A stretch of 64,000 bases of DNA from Mobula hypostoma (GCF_963921235.1 NC_086097.1:99078001-99142000); one strand, 5' to 3'. Numbered from the stretch's first letter, positions 30,001 to 45,000 are shown. Translations and numbers: made by a program. The notes: generated by a model not told the origin, from the letters alone.

Positions 30001-33000
30001 AGTGGACAGGAGGAGAATGAGACAGGTGAAGGTATGTAGCGCGTGGACAGAGGAAGTGAGACAGGTGAAGGTATGCAGCACGTGTACAGAGGGAGTGAGA
30101 CAGGTGAAGGTATGCAGCGCGTGGACAGAGGGAGTGAGCCAGGTGAAGGTATGCAACGCGTGGACAGAGGAAGTGAGACAGGTGAAGGTATGAAGCGCGT
30201 GGACAGAGGGAGTGAGACAGGTGAAGGTATGCAACGCGTGGACAGAGGAAGTGAGACATGTGAAGGTATACACCGCGTGGACAGGAGGAGAATGAGACAG
30301 GTGAAGGTATGCAGCGCGTGCACATAGGAAGTGAGTCAGGTGAAGGTATGCAGCGCGTGGACAGGAGGAGAAAGAGACAGGTGAAGATATGCAGTGCATG
30401 GACAGCGGAAGTGAGACAGGTGAAGGTATGCAGCGCGTGGACAGGAAGAGAATGAGACAGGTGAAGGTATGCAGCGCGTGGACAGGAGGAGAATGAGACA
30501 GGTGAAGGTATGCAGCACGTGGACAGAAGAAGTGAGACAGGTGAAGGTATGCAGCGCGTGGACAGAGGGAGTGAGACAGGTGAAGGTATGTAGCGCGTGG
30601 ACAGAGGGAGTGAGACAGGTGAAGGTATGCAGCGCGTGGACAGAGGGAGTGAGACAGGTGAAGGTATGCAGCGTGTGGACAGAGGAACTAAGTCAGGTGA
30701 AGGTATGCAGCGCGTGGACAGGAGGAGAATGAGACAGGTGAAGGTATGCAGCGCGTGCACAGAGGAACTAAGTCAGGTGAAGGTATGCAGCGCGTGGACA
30801 GTAGGAGAATGAGACAGGTGAAGGTATGCAGTGCGTGGACAGGAGGAGAATGAGACAGGTGAAGGTATGCAGCGCGTGGACAGAGGGAGAGAGACAGGTG
30901 AAGGTAAGCAGCGCGTGGACAGAGGGAGTGAGACAGGTGAAGGTATGCAGCGTGTGGACAGGAGGAGAATGAGACAGTTGAAGGCATGCAGCGCGTGCAC
31001 AGAGGAACTAAGTCAGGTGAAGGTATGCAGCGCGTGGACAGGAGGAGCATGAGACAGGTGAAGGTATGCAGCGCGTGTACAGAGGGAGTGAGACAGGTGA
31101 AGGTATAGAGCGCGTGGACAGAGGAAGTGAGACAGGTGAAGGTATGCAGCGCCTGGACAGGAGGAGAATGAGACAGGTGAAGGTATGCAGCGTGTGGACA
31201 GAGGGAGTGAGACAGGTGAAGGTATGCAGTGCGTGGACAGTGTAAGTGAGACAGGTGAAGGTATGCAGCGCATGGACAGGAGGAGAATGAGACAGGTGAA
31301 GGTATACAGCGCGTGAACAGGAGGAGAATGAGACAGGTGAAGGCATGCAGCGCGTGGTCAGAGGAAGTGAGACAGGTGAAGGTATGCAGCGCGTGGACAG
31401 GAGGAGAATGAGACAGGTGAAGGTATGCAGTGCATGGACAGAGGAAGTGAGACAGGTGAAGGTATGCAGCACGTGGACAGAGGAAATGAGACAGGTGAAG
31501 GTATGCAGCGCATGGACAGAGGAAGTGAGACAGGTGAAGGTATGCAGCACGTGGACAGAGGAAGTGAGACAGGTGAAGGTATGCAGCGAGTGGACTGAGG
31601 AAGTGAGACAGGTGAATGTATGCAGCGCGTGGACAGGAGGAGAATGAGACAGGTGAAGGTATGCAGCACGCGGACAGGAGGAGAATGAGACAGGTGAAGG
31701 TATGTAGCGCGTGGACAGAGGAAGTGAGACAGGTGAAGGTATGCAGCGCGTGTACAGAGGGAGTGAGACAGGTGAAGGTATGCAGCGCGTGGACAGAGGA
31801 AGTGAGACAGGTGAAGGTATGCAGCGCATGGAGAGAGGAAGTGAGGCAGGTGAAGGTATGCAGCGCGTGGACAGGGGAAGTGAGACAGGTGAAGGTATGC
31901 AGCGCGTGGACAGAGTAAGTGAGACAGGTGAAGGTATACAGCACGTGGACGGAGGAAGTGAGACAGGTGAAGGTATGCAGCACGTGCACAGGAGGAGAAT
32001 GAGACAGGTGAAGGTATGCAGCGCGTGGACATAGGAAGTGAGACAGTTGAAGGAATGCAGCGCGTGGACAGAGGAAGTGAGACAGGTGAAGGTATGCAGC
32101 GAGTGGACAGAGGAAGTGAGACAGGTGAATGTATGCAGCGCGTGGACAGGAGGAGAATGAGACAGGTGAAGGTATGCAGCACGCGGACAGGAGGAGAATG
32201 AGACAGGTGAAGGTATGTAGCGCGTGGACAGAGGAAGTGAGACAGGTGAAGGTATGCAGCGCGTGTACAGAGGGAGTGAGACAGGTGAAGGTATGCAGCG
32301 CGTGGACAGAGTGAGTGAGCCAGGTGAATGTATGCAACGTGTGTACAGAGGAAGTGAGACAGGTGAAGGTATACACCGCGTGGACAGGAGGAGAATGAGA
32401 CAGGTGAAGGTATGCAGCGCGTGCACATAGGAAGTGAGTCAGGTGAAGGTATGCAGCGCGTGGACAGGAGGAGAATGAGACAGGTGAAGATATGAAGTGC
32501 ATGGACAGAGGAAGTGAGACAGGTGAAGGTATGCAGCACGTGGACAGGAAGAGAATGAGACAGGTGAAGGTATGCAGCGCGTGGACAGGAAATGAATGAG
32601 ACAGGTGAAGGCATGCAGCACGTGGACAGAGGAAGTGAGACAGGTGAAGGTATGCAGCGCGTGGACAGAGGGAGTGAGACAGGTGAAGGTATGCAGCGCG
32701 TGGACAGAGGGAGTGAGACAGGTGAAGGTATGCAGCGCGTGGACAGAGGGAGTGAGACAGGTGAAGGTATGCAGCGTGTGGACAGGAGGAGAATGAGACA
32801 GGTGAAGGTATGCATCGCGTGTACAGAGGAACTAAGTGAGGTGAAGGTATGCAGCACGTGGACAGGAGGAGCATGAGACAGGTGAAGGCATGCAGCGCGT
32901 GGACAGAGGGAGTGAGACAGGTGAAGGTATACAGCGCGTGGACAGAGGAAGTGAGACAGGTGAAGGTATGCAGCGCGTGGACAGAGGGAGTGAGACAGGT

Positions 33001-36000
33001 GAAGGTATGCAGCGCGTGGACAGAGGAGGTGAGACAGGTGAAGGTATGCAGCGCGTGGACAGAGGGAGTGAGACAGGTGAAGGTATGCAGCGCGTGGACA
33101 GAGGAGGTGAGACAGGTGAAGGTATGCAGCGCGTGGACAGAGGGAGTGAGACAGGTGAAGGTATGCAGCGCGTGAACAGAGGAAGTGAGGCAGGTGAAGG
33201 TATGCAGCGCGTGGACAGGAGGAGAATGAGACAGGTGAAGGTATGCAGCGCGTGGACAGGAGGAGAATGAGACAGGTGAAGGTATGTAGCGCGTGGACAG
33301 AGGAAGTGAGACAGGTGAAGGTATGCAGCACGTGTACAGAGGGAGTGAGACAGGTGAAGGTATGCAGCGCGTGGACAGAGGGAGTGAGCCAGGTGAAGGT
33401 ATGCAACGCGTGGACAGAGGAAGTGAGACAGGTGAAGGTATGAAGCGCGTGGACAGAGGGAGTGAGACAGGTGAAGGTATGCAACGCGTGGACAGAGGAA
33501 GTGAGACAGGTGAAGGTATACACCGCGTGGACAGGAGGAGAATGAGACAGGTGAAGGTATGCAGCGCGTGCACATAGGAAGTGAGTCAGGTGAAGGTATG
33601 CAGCGCGTGGACAGGAGGAGAAAGAGACAGGTGAAGATATGCAGTGCATGGACAGCGGAAGTGAGACAGGTGAAGGTATGCAGCGCGTGGACAGGAAGAG
33701 AATGAGACAGGTGAAGGTATGCAGCGCGTGGACAGGAGGAGAATGAGACAGGTGAAGGTATGCAGCACGTGGACAGAAGAAGTGAGACAGGTGAAGGTAT
33801 GCAGCGCGTGGACAGAGGGAGTGAGACAGGTGAAGGTATGTAGCGCGTGGACAGAGGGAGTGAGACAGGTGAAGGTATGCAGCGCGTGGACAGAGGGAGT
33901 GAGACAGGTGAAGGTATGCAGCGTGTGGACAGAGGAACTAAGTCAGGTGAAGGTATGCAGCGCGTGGACAGGAGGAGAATGAGACAGGTGAAGGTATGCA
34001 GCGCGTGCACAGAGGAACTAAGTCAGGTGAAGGTATGCAGCGCGTGGACAGTAGGAGAATGAGACAGGTGAAGGTATGCAGTGCGTGGACAGGAGGAGAA
34101 TGAGACAGGTGAAGGTATGCAGCGCGTGGACAGAGGGAGTGAGACAGGTGAAGGTATGCAGCGCGTGGACAGAGGGAGTGAGACAGGTGAAGGTATGCAG
34201 CGTGTGGACAGGAGGAGAATGAGACAGTTGAAGGCATGCAGCGCGTGCACAGAGGAACTAAGTCAGGTGAAGGTATGCAGCGCGTGGACAGGAGGAGCAT
34301 GAGACAGGTGAAGGTATGCAGCGCGTGTACAGAGGGAGTGAGACAGGTGAAGGTATAGAGCGCGTGGACAGAGGAAGTGAGACAGGTGAAGGTATGCAGC
34401 GCGTGGACAGAGGGAGTGAGACAGGTGAAGGTATGCAGCGCGTGGACAGAGGAGGTGAGACAGGTGAAGGAATGCAGCGCGTGGACAGAGGGAGTGAGAC
34501 AGGTGAAGGTATGCAGCGCGTGCACAGAGGAAGTGAGGCAGGTGAAGGTATGCAGCGCGTGGACAGGAGGAGAATGAGACAGGTGAAGGTGTGCAGCGCG
34601 TGGACAAAGGAAGCGAGACAGGTGAAGGTATGCAGCGCGTGGACAGAGGAAGTGAGACAGGTCATGGTATGCAGCGTGTGGACAGAGGGAGTGAGACAGG
34701 TGAAGGTATGCAGTGCGTGGACAGTGGAAGTGAGACAGGTGAAGGTATGCAGCGCATGGACAGGAGGAGAATGAGACAGGTGAAGGTATACAGCGCGTGA
34801 ACAGGAGGAGAATGAGACAGGGGAAGGTATGCAGCGTGTGGACAGGAGGAGAATGAGACAGGTGAAGGTATGCAGCGCGTGGACAGGAGGAGAATGAGAC
34901 AGGTGAAGGTATGTAGCGCGTGGACAGATGAAGTGAGACAGGTGAAGGTATGCAGCGCGTGTACAGAGGGAGTGAGACAGGTGAAGGTATGCAGCGCGTG
35001 GACAGAGGGAGTGAGACAGGTGAAGGTATGCAACGTGTGGACAGAGTAAGTGAGACAGGTGAAGGTATGAAGCGCGTGGACAGAGGGAGTGAGACAGGTG
35101 CAGGTATGCAACGCGTGGACAGAGGAAGTGAGACAGGTGAAGGTATACACCGTGTGGACAGGAGGAGAATGAGACAGGTGAAGGTATGCAGCGCGTGGAC
35201 AGGAGGAGAATGAGACAGGTGAAGATATGCAGTGCATGGACAGAGGAAGTGAGACAGGTGAAGGTATGCAGCGCGTGGACAGGAAGAGAATGAGACAGGT
35301 GAAGGTATGCAGCGCGTGTACAGGAGGAGAATGAGACAGGTGAAGGTATGCAGCGCGTGGACAGAGGGAGTGAGACAGTTGAAGGTATGCAGCGCGTGGA
35401 CAGAGGGAGTGAGACAGGTGAAGGTATGCAGCGCGTGGACAGAGGGAGTGAGACAGGTGAAGGTATGCAGCGTGTGGACAGGAGGAGAATGAGACAGGTG
35501 AAGGTATGCAGCGCGTGCACAGAGGAACTAAGTCAGGTGAAGGTATGCTGCGCATGGACAGGAGGAGAATGAGACAGGTGAAGGTGTGCAGCGCGTGGAC
35601 AAAGGAAGCGAGACAGGTGAAGGTATGCAGCGCGTGGACAGAGGAAGTGAGACAGGTGAAGGTACGCAGTGCGTGGACATTGGAAGTGAGACAGGTGAAG
35701 GTATGCAGCGCATGGACAGGAGGAGAAAGAGACAGGTGAAGGTATACAGCGCGTGAACAGGAGGAGAATGAGACAGGTGAAGGCATGCAGCGCGTGGTCA
35801 GAGGAAGTGAGACAGGTGAAGGTATGCAGCGCGTGGACAGAGGAAGTGAGACAGGTGAAGGTATACACTGCGTGTACTGGAGGAGAATGAGACAGGTGAA
35901 GGTATGCAGCGAGTGGACAGGAGGAGAATGAGACAGGTGAAGTTATGCAGCGCGTGCACATAGGAAGTGAGTCAGGTGAAGGTATGCAGCGCGTGGACAG

Positions 36001-39000
36001 GAGGAGAATGAGACAGGTGAAGGTATGCAGTGAATGGACAGAGGAAGTGAGACAGGTGAAGGTATGCAGCGCGTGGACAGGAGGAGAATGAGACAGGTGA
36101 AGGTATGCAGCGCGTGGACAGGAGGAGAATGAGACAGGTGAAGGTATGCAGTGCGTGGACAGAGGAAGTGAGACAGGTGAAGGTATACACCGCGTGGAAA
36201 GGAGAAGAATGAGACAGGTGAAGGTATGCAGCGCGTGGACAGGAGGAGAATGAGACAGGTGAAGGTATGCAGCGCGTGAACAGAGGAAGTGAGTCAGGTG
36301 AAGGTATGCAGCGCGTGGACAGGAGGAGAATGAGACAGGAGAAGGTATGCAACGCATGGACAGGAGGAGAATGAGACAGGTGAAAGGTATGCAGCGCGTG
36401 GACAGCAGGAGAATGAGACAAGTGAAGGTATGCAGCGCATGGACAGGAGGAGAATTAGACAGGTGAAAGGTATGCAGCGCGTGGACAGCAGGAGAATGAG
36501 ACAGGTGAAGGTATGCAGCGCGTGGACAGAGGGAGTGAGACAGGTGAAGGTATGCAACGCGTGGACAGAGGAAGTGAGACAGGTGTAGGTATGCAGCGCG
36601 TGGACAGGAGGAGACTGAGACAGGTGAAGGTATGCAGCGCGTGCAGAGAGGAAGTGAGACAGGTGAAGGTATGCAGCGCTTGGACAGGAGGAGAATCAGA
36701 CAGGTGAAGGTATGCAGCACGTGGACAGAGGAAGTGAGACAGTTGAAGGAATGCAGCGCGTGGACAGAGGAACTGAGACAGGTGAAGCTATGCAGCGCGT
36801 GGAGAGGAGGAGAATGAGACAGTTGAAGGTATGCAGCACGTGGACAGAGGAAGTGAGACAGGTGAAGGTATGCAGCGCGTGGACAGAGGAAGTGAGACAG
36901 GTGAAGGTATGCAGCGCGTGGAGAGAGGAAGTGAGACAGGTGAAGGTATGCAGTGCGTGGACAGAGGAAGTGAGACAGGTGAAGGTATGCAGTGCGTGGA
37001 CAGAGGAAGTGAGTCAGGTGAAGGTATGCAGTGCGTGGACAGAGGAAGTGAGACAGGCGAAGGTATGCAGCGCGTGGACAGAGGAAGTGAGACAGGTGAA
37101 GGTATGCAGTGCGTGGACAGAGGAGGTGAGACAGGTGAAGGTATGCAGCGCGTGGACCGAGGAAGTGAGACAGGTGAAGGTATGCAGCGCGTTTACAGAG
37201 GGAGTGAGATAGGTGAAGGTATGAAGCGTGTGGACATAGCAAGTGAGTCAGGTGAAGGTATGCAGCACGAGGACAGTAGGAGAATGAGACAGGTGAAGGT
37301 ATGCAGCACGTGGATCGAGGAAGTGAGACAGGTGAAGGTATGCAGCGCGTGGACCGAGGAAGCGAGACAGGTGAAGGTATGCAGCGCGTGGACAGAGGAA
37401 GTGAGACAGGTGATGGTATGCAGCGCGTGGACCGTGGGAGTGAGATAGGTGTAGGTATGCAGCGCGTGCACAGAGGAAGTGAGTCAGGTGATGGTATGCA
37501 GCGCGTGTACAGAGTGAGTGAGACAGGTGAAGGTATGCAGCGCGTGGACAGAGGGAGTGAGACAGGTGAATGTATGCAGTGCGTGGACAGAGGGAGTGAG
37601 ACAGGTGAAGGTATGCAGCGCGTGGACAGAGGAAGTGAGACAGGTGAAGGTATGCAGCGCGTGGACAGATGGAGTGAGACAGGTGAAGGTATGCAGCGTG
37701 TGGACAGAGGAAGTGAGTCAGGTGAAGATATGCAGCGCGTGGACAGGAGGAGAATGAGACAGTTGCAGGTATGCAGCGCGTGGACAGGAGGAGAATGAGA
37801 CAGGTGAAGATATGCAGTGCATGGACAGAGGAAGTGAGACAGGTGAAGGTATGCAGCGCGTGGACAGGAAGAGAATGAGACAGGTGAAGGTATGCAGCGC
37901 GTGGACAGGAAAAGAATGAGACAGGTGAAGGTATGCAGCACGTGGACAGAGGAAGTGAGACAGGTCAAGGTATGCAGCGCGTGGACAGAGGGAGTGAGAC
38001 AGGTGAAGGTATGCAGCGCGTGGACAGAGGGAGTGAGACAGGTGAAGGTATGCAGCGCGTGGACAGAGGGAGTGAGACAGGTGAAGGTATGCAGCGTGTG
38101 GACAGGAGGAGAATGAGACAGGTGACGGTATGCAGCGCGTGGACAGAGGGAGTGAGACAGGTGAAGGTATACAGCGCGTGGACAGAGGAAGTGAGACAGG
38201 TGAAGGTATGCAGTGCGTGGACAGAGGAAGTGAGACAGGCGAAGGTATGCAGCGCGTGGACAGAGGAAGTGAGACAGGTGAAGGTATGCAGTGCGTGGAC
38301 AGAGGAAGTGAGACAGGTGAAGGTATGCAGTGCGTGGACAGAGGAAGTGAGTCAGGTGAAGGTATGCAGTGCGTGGACAGAGGAAGTGAGACAGGCGAAG
38401 GTATGCAGCGCGTGGACAGAGGAAGTGAGACAGGTGAAGCTATGCAGTGCGTGGACAGAGGAGGTGAGACAGGTGAAGGTATGCAGCGCGTGGACCAAGG
38501 AAGTGAGACAGGTGAAGGTATGCAGCGCGTGTACAGAGGGAGTGAGATAGGTGAAGGTATGAAGCGCGTGGACAGAGCAAGTGAGTCAGGTGAAGGTATG
38601 CAGCACGAGGACAGTAGGAGAATGAGACAGGTGAAGGTATGCAGCACGTGGATCGAGGAAGTGAGACAGGTGAAGGTATGCAGCGCGTGGACCGAGGAAG
38701 CGAGACAGGTGAAGGTATGCAGCGCGTGGACAGAGGAAGTGAGACAGGTGAAGGTATGCAGCGCGTGGACCGTGGGAGTGAGATAGGTGTAGGTATGCAG
38801 CGCGTGCACAGAGGAAGTGAGTCAGGTGATGGTATGCAGCGCGTGTACAGAGTGAGTGAGACAGGTGAAGGTATGCAGCGCGTGGACAGAGGGAGTGAGA
38901 CAGGTGAATGTATGCAGTGCGTGGACAGAGGGAGTGAGACAGGTGAAGGTATGCAGCGCGTGGACAGAGGAAGTGAGACAGGTGAAGGTATGCAGCGCGT

Positions 39001-42000
39001 GGACAGATGGAGTGAGACAGGTGAAGGTATGCAGCGTGTGGACAGAGGAAGTGAGTCAGGTGAAGATATGCAGCGCGTGGACAGGAGGAGAATGAGACAG
39101 TTGCAGGTATGCAGCGCGTGGACAGGAGGAGAATGAGACAGGTGAAGATATGCAGTGCATGGACAGAGGAAGTGAGACAGGTGAAGGTATGCAGCGCGTG
39201 GACAGGAAGAGAATGAGACAGGTGAAGGTATGCAGCGCGTGGACAGGAAAAGAATGAGACAGGTGAAGGTATGCAGCACGTGGACAGAGGAAGTGAGACA
39301 GGTCAAGGTATGCAGCGCGTGGACAGAGGGAGTGAGACAGGTGAAGGTATGCAGCGCGTGGACAGAGGGAGTGAGACAGGTGAAGGTATGCAGCGCGTGG
39401 ACAGAGGGAGTGAGACAGGTGAAGGTATGCAGCGTGTGGACAGGAGGAGAATGAGACAGGTGACGGTATGCAGTGCGTGGACAGAGGGAGTGAGACAGGT
39501 GAAGGTATACAGCGCGTGGACAGAGGAAGTGAGACAGGTGAAGGTATACAGCGCGTGGACAGAGGGAGTGAGCCAGGTGAAGGTATGCAACGCGTGGACA
39601 GAGGAAGTGAGACAGGTGAAGGTATGAAGCGCGTGGACAGAGGGAGTGAGACAGGTGAAGGTATGCAACGCGTGGACAGAGGAAGTGAGACAGGTGAAGG
39701 TATATACCGCGTGGACCGGAAGAGAATGAGACAGGTGAAGGTATGCAGCGCGTGCACATAGGAAGTGAGTCAGGTGAAGGTATGCAGCGCGTGGACAGGA
39801 GGAGAAAGAGACAGGTGAAGATATGCAGTGCATTGACAGCGGAAGTGAGACAGGTGAAGGTATGCAGCACGTGGACAGGAAGAGAATGAGACAGGTGAAG
39901 GTATGCAGCGCGTGGACAGGAGGAGAATGAGACAGGTGAAGGTATGCAGCACGTGGACAGAGGAAGTGAGACAGGTGAAGGTATGCAGCGCGTGGACAGA
40001 GGGAGTGAGACAGGTGAAGGTATGCAGCGCGTGGACAGAGGGAGTGAGACAGGTGAAGGTATGCAGCGCGTGGACAGAGGGAGTGAGACAGGTGAAGGTA
40101 TGCAGCGTGTGGACAGAGGAACTAAGTCAGGTGAAGGTATGCAGCGCGTGGACAGGAGGAGAATGAGACAGGTGAAGGTATGCAGCGCGTGCACAGAGGA
40201 ACTAAGTCAGGTGAAGGTATGCAGCGCGTGGACAGGAGGAGAATGAGACAGGTGAAGGTATGCAGCGCGTGGACAGGAGGAGAATGAGACAGGTGAAGGT
40301 ATGCAGCGCGTGGACAGGAGGAGAATGAGACAGGTGAAGGTATGCAGCGCGTGGACAGAGGGAGTGAGACAGGTGAAGGTATGCAGCGCGTGGACAGAGG
40401 GAGTGAGACAGGTGAAGGTGTGCAGCGTGTGAACAGGAGGAGAATGAGACAGGTGAAGGTATGCAGCGCGTGCACAGAGGAACTAAGTCAGGTGAAGGTA
40501 TGCAGCGCGTGGACAGGAGGAGCATGAGACAGGTGAAGGTATGCAACGCGTGGACAGAGGGAGTGAGACAGGTGAAGGTATAGAGCGCGTGGACAGAGGA
40601 AGTGAGACAGGTGAAGGTATGCAGCGCGTGGACAGAGGGAGTGAGACAGGTGAAGGAATGCAGCGCGTGGACAGATGGAGTGAGACAGGTGAAGGTATGC
40701 AGCGCGTGCACAGAGGAAGTGAGGCAGGTGAAGGTATGCAGCGCGTGGACAGGAGGAGAATGAGATAGTTGAAGGTGTGCAGCGCGTGGACAAAGGAAGC
40801 GAGACAGGTGAAGGTATGCAGCGCGTGGACAGAGGAAGTGAGACAGGTGATGGTATGCAGCGTGTGGACAGATGGAGTGAGACAGGTGAAGGTATGCAGT
40901 GCGTGCACAGTGGAAGTGAGACAGGTGAAGGTATGCAGCGCATGGACAGGAGGAGAATGGGACAGGTGAAGGTATACAGCGCGTGAACAGGAGGAGAATG
41001 AGACAGGTGAAGGTATGCAGCGTGTGGACAGGAGGAGAATGAGACAGGTGAAGGTATGCAGCGCGTGGACAGGAGGAGAATGAGACAGGTGAAGGTATGT
41101 AGCGCGTGGACAGAGGAAGTGAGACAGGTGAAGGTATGCAGCGCGTGTACAGAGGGAGTGAGACAGGTGAAGGTATGCAGCGCGTGGACAGAGGGAGTGA
41201 GACAGGTGAAGGTATGCAACGCGTGGACAGAGGAAGTGAGACAGGTGAAGGTATGAAGCGAGTGGACAGAGCAAGTGAGTCAGGTGAAGGTATGCAGCAC
41301 GAGGATAGTAGGAGAATGAGACAGGTGAAGGTATGCAGCACGTGGATCGAGGAAGTGAGACAGGTGAAGGTATGCAGCGCGTGGACCGAGGAAGCGAGAC
41401 AGGTGAAGGTATGCAGCGCGTGGACAGAGGAAGTGAGACAGGTGAAGGTATGCAGCGCGTGGACCGTGGGAGTGAGATAGGTGTAGGTATGCAGCGCGTG
41501 CACAGAGGAAGTGAGTCAGGTGATGGTATGCAGCGCGTGTACAGAGTGAGTGAGACAGGTGAAGGTATGCAGCGCGTGGACAGAGGGAGTGAGACAGGTG
41601 AATGTATGCAGTGCGTGGACAGAGGGAGTGAGACAGGTGAAGGTATGCAACGCATGTACAGAGGGAATGAGACAGGTGAAGGTATGCAGCGCGTGCACAT
41701 AGGATGTGAGTCAGGTGAAGGTATGCAGCGCGTGGACAGGAGGAGAAAGAGACAGGTGAAGATATGCAGTGCATTGACAGCGGAAGTGAGACAGGTGAAG
41801 GTATGCAGCGCGTGGACAGGAAGAGAATGAGACAGGTGAAGGTATGCAGCGCGTGGACAGGAGGAGAATGAGACAGGTGAAGGTATGCAGCACGTGGACA
41901 GAGGAAGTGAGACAGGTGAAGGTATGCAGCGCGTGGACAGAGGGAGTGAGACAGGTGAAGGTATGCAGCGCGTGGACAGAGGGAGTGAGACAGGTGAAGG

Positions 42001-45000
42001 TATGCAGCGCGTGGACAGAGGGAGTGAGACAGGTGAAGGTATGCAGCGTGTGGACAGAGGAACTAAGTCAGGTGAAGTTATGCAGCGCGTGGACAGGAGG
42101 AGAATGAGACAGGTGAAGGTATGCAGCGCGTGCACAGAGGAACTAAGTCAGGTGAAGGTATGCAGCGCGTGGACAGGAGGAGAATGAGACAGGTGAAGGT
42201 ATGCAGCGCGTGGACAGGAGGAGAATGAGACAGGTGAAGGTATGCAGCGCGTGGACAGGAGGAGAATGAGACAGGTGAAGGTATGCAGCGCGTGGACAGA
42301 GGGAGTGAGACAGGTGAAGGTATGCAGCGCGTGGACAGAGGGAGTGAGACAGGTGAAGGTGTGCAGCGTGTGAACAGGAGGAGAATGAGACAGGTGAAGG
42401 TATGCAGCGCGTGCACAGAGGAACTAAGTCAGGTGAAGGTATGCAGCGCGTGGACAGGAGGAGCATGAGACAGGTGAAGGTATGCAACGCGTGGACAGAG
42501 GGAGTGAGACAGGTGAAGGTATAGAGCGCGTGGACAGAGGAAGTGAGACAGGTGAAGGTATGCAGCGCGTGGACAGAGGGAGTGAGACAGGTGAAGGAAT
42601 GCAGCGCGTGGACAGATGGAGTGAGACAGGTGAAGGTATGCAGCGCGTGCACAGAGGAAGTGAGGCAGGTGAAGGTATGCAGCGCGTGGACAGGAGGAGA
42701 ATGAGATAGTTGAAGGTGTGCAGCGCGTGGACAAAGGAAGCGAGACAGGTGAAGGTATGCAGCGCGTGGACAGAGGAAGTGAGACAGGTGATGGTATGCA
42801 GCGTGTGGACAGATGGAGTGAGACAGGTGAAGGTATGCAGTGCGTGCACAGTGGAAGTGAGACAGGTGAAGGTATGCAGCGCATGGACAGGAGGAGAATG
42901 GGACAGGTGAAGGTATACAGCGCGTGAACAGGAGGAGAATGAGACAGGTGAAGGTATGCAGCGTGTGGACAGGAGGAGAATGAGACAGGTGAAGGTATGC
43001 AGCGCGTGGACAGGAGGAGAATGAGACAGGTGAAGGTATGTAGCGCGTGGACAGAGGAAGTGAGACAGGTGAAGGTATGCAGCGCGTGTACAGAGGGAGT
43101 GAGACAGGTGAAGGTATGCAGCGCGTGGACAGAGGGAGTGAGACAGGTGAAGGTATGCAACGCGTGGACAGAGGAAGTGAGACAGGTGAAGGTATGAAGC
43201 GCGTGGACAGAGCAAGTGAGTCAGGTGAAGGTATGCAGCACGAGGATAGTAGGAGAATGAGACAGGTGAAGGTATGCAGCACGTGGATCGAGGAAGTGAG
43301 ACAGGTGAAGGTATGCAGCGCGTGGACCGAGGAAGCGAGACAGGTGAAGGTATGCAGCGCGTGGACAGAGGAAGTGAGACAGGTGAAGGTATGCAGCGCG
43401 TGGACCGTGGGAGTGAGATAGGTGTAGGTATGCAGCGCGTGCACAGAGGAAGTGAGTCAGGTGATGGTATGCAGCGCGTGTACAGAGTGAGTGAGACAGG
43501 TGAAGGTATGCAGCGCGTGGACAGAGGGAGTGAGACAGGTGAATGTATGCAGTGCGTGGACAGAGGGAGTGAGACAGGTGAAGGTATGCAGCGCGTGGAC
43601 AGAGGAAGTGAGACAGGTGAAGGTATGCAGCGCGTGGACAGAGGGAGTGAGACAGGTGAAGGTATGCAGCGCGTGGACAGAGGAAGTGAGTCAGGTGAAG
43701 GTATGCAGCGCGTGGACAGGAGGAGAATGAGACAGGTGAAGATATGCAGTGCATGGACAGAGGAAGTGAGACAGGTGAAGGTATGCAGCGCGTGGACAGG
43801 AAGAGAATGAGACAGGTGAAGGTATGCAGCGCGTGGACAGGAAAAGAATGAGACAGGTGAAGGTATGCAGCACGTGGACAGAGGAAGTGAGACAGGTGAA
43901 GGTATGCAGCGCGTGGACAGAGCGAGTGAGACAGGTGAAGGTATGCAGCGCGTGGACAGAGGGAGTGAGACAGGTGAAGGTATGCAGCGCGTGGACAGAG
44001 GGAGTGAGACAGGTGAAGGTATGCAGCGTGTGGACAGGAGGAGAATGAGACAGGTGACGGTATGCAGCGCGTGCACAGAGCAACTAAGTCAGGTGAACGT
44101 ATGCAGCGCGTGGACAGGAGGAGCATGAGACAGGTGAAGGTATGCAGCGCGTGGACAGAGGGAGTGAGACAGGTGAAGGTATACAGCGCGTGGACAGAGG
44201 AAGTGAGACAGGTGAAGGTATACAGCGCGTGGAGAGAGGGAGTGAGCCAGGTGAAGGTATGCAACGCGTGGACAGAGGAAGTGAGACAGGTGAAGGTATG
44301 AAGCGCGTGGACAGAGGGAGTGAGACAGGTGAAGGTATGCAACGCGTGGACAGAGGAAGTGAGACAGGTGAAGGTATACACCGCGTGGACAGGAGGAGAA
44401 TGAGACAGGTGAAGGTATGCAGCGCGTGCACATAGGAAGTGAGTCAGGTGAAGGTATGCAGCGCGTGGACAGGAGGAGAAAGAGACAGGTGAAGATATGC
44501 AGTGCATGGACAGCGGAAGTGAGACAGGTGAAGGTATGCAGTGCGTGGACAGTGGAAGTGAGACAGGTGAAGGTATGCAGCGCATGGACAGGAGGAGAAT
44601 GGGACAGGTGAAGGTATACAGCGCGTGAACAGGAGGAGAATGAGACAGGTGAAGGTATGCAGCACGTGGACAGAGGAAGTGAGACAGGTGAAGGTATGCA
44701 GCGCGTGGACAGAGGGAGTGAGACAGGTGAAGGTATACAGCGCGTGGACAGAGGAAGTGAGACAGGTGAAGGTATACAGCGCGTGGACAGAGGGAGTGAG
44801 CCAGGTGAAGGTATGCAACGCGTGGACAGAGGAAGTGAGACAGGTGAAGGTATGAAGCGCGTGGACAGAGGGAGTGAGACAGGTGAAGGTATGCAACGCG
44901 TGGACAGAGGAAGTGAGACAGGTGAAGGTATACACCGCGTGAACTGGAGGAGAATGAGACAGGTGAAGGTATGCAGCGCGTGCACATAGGAAGTGAGTCA

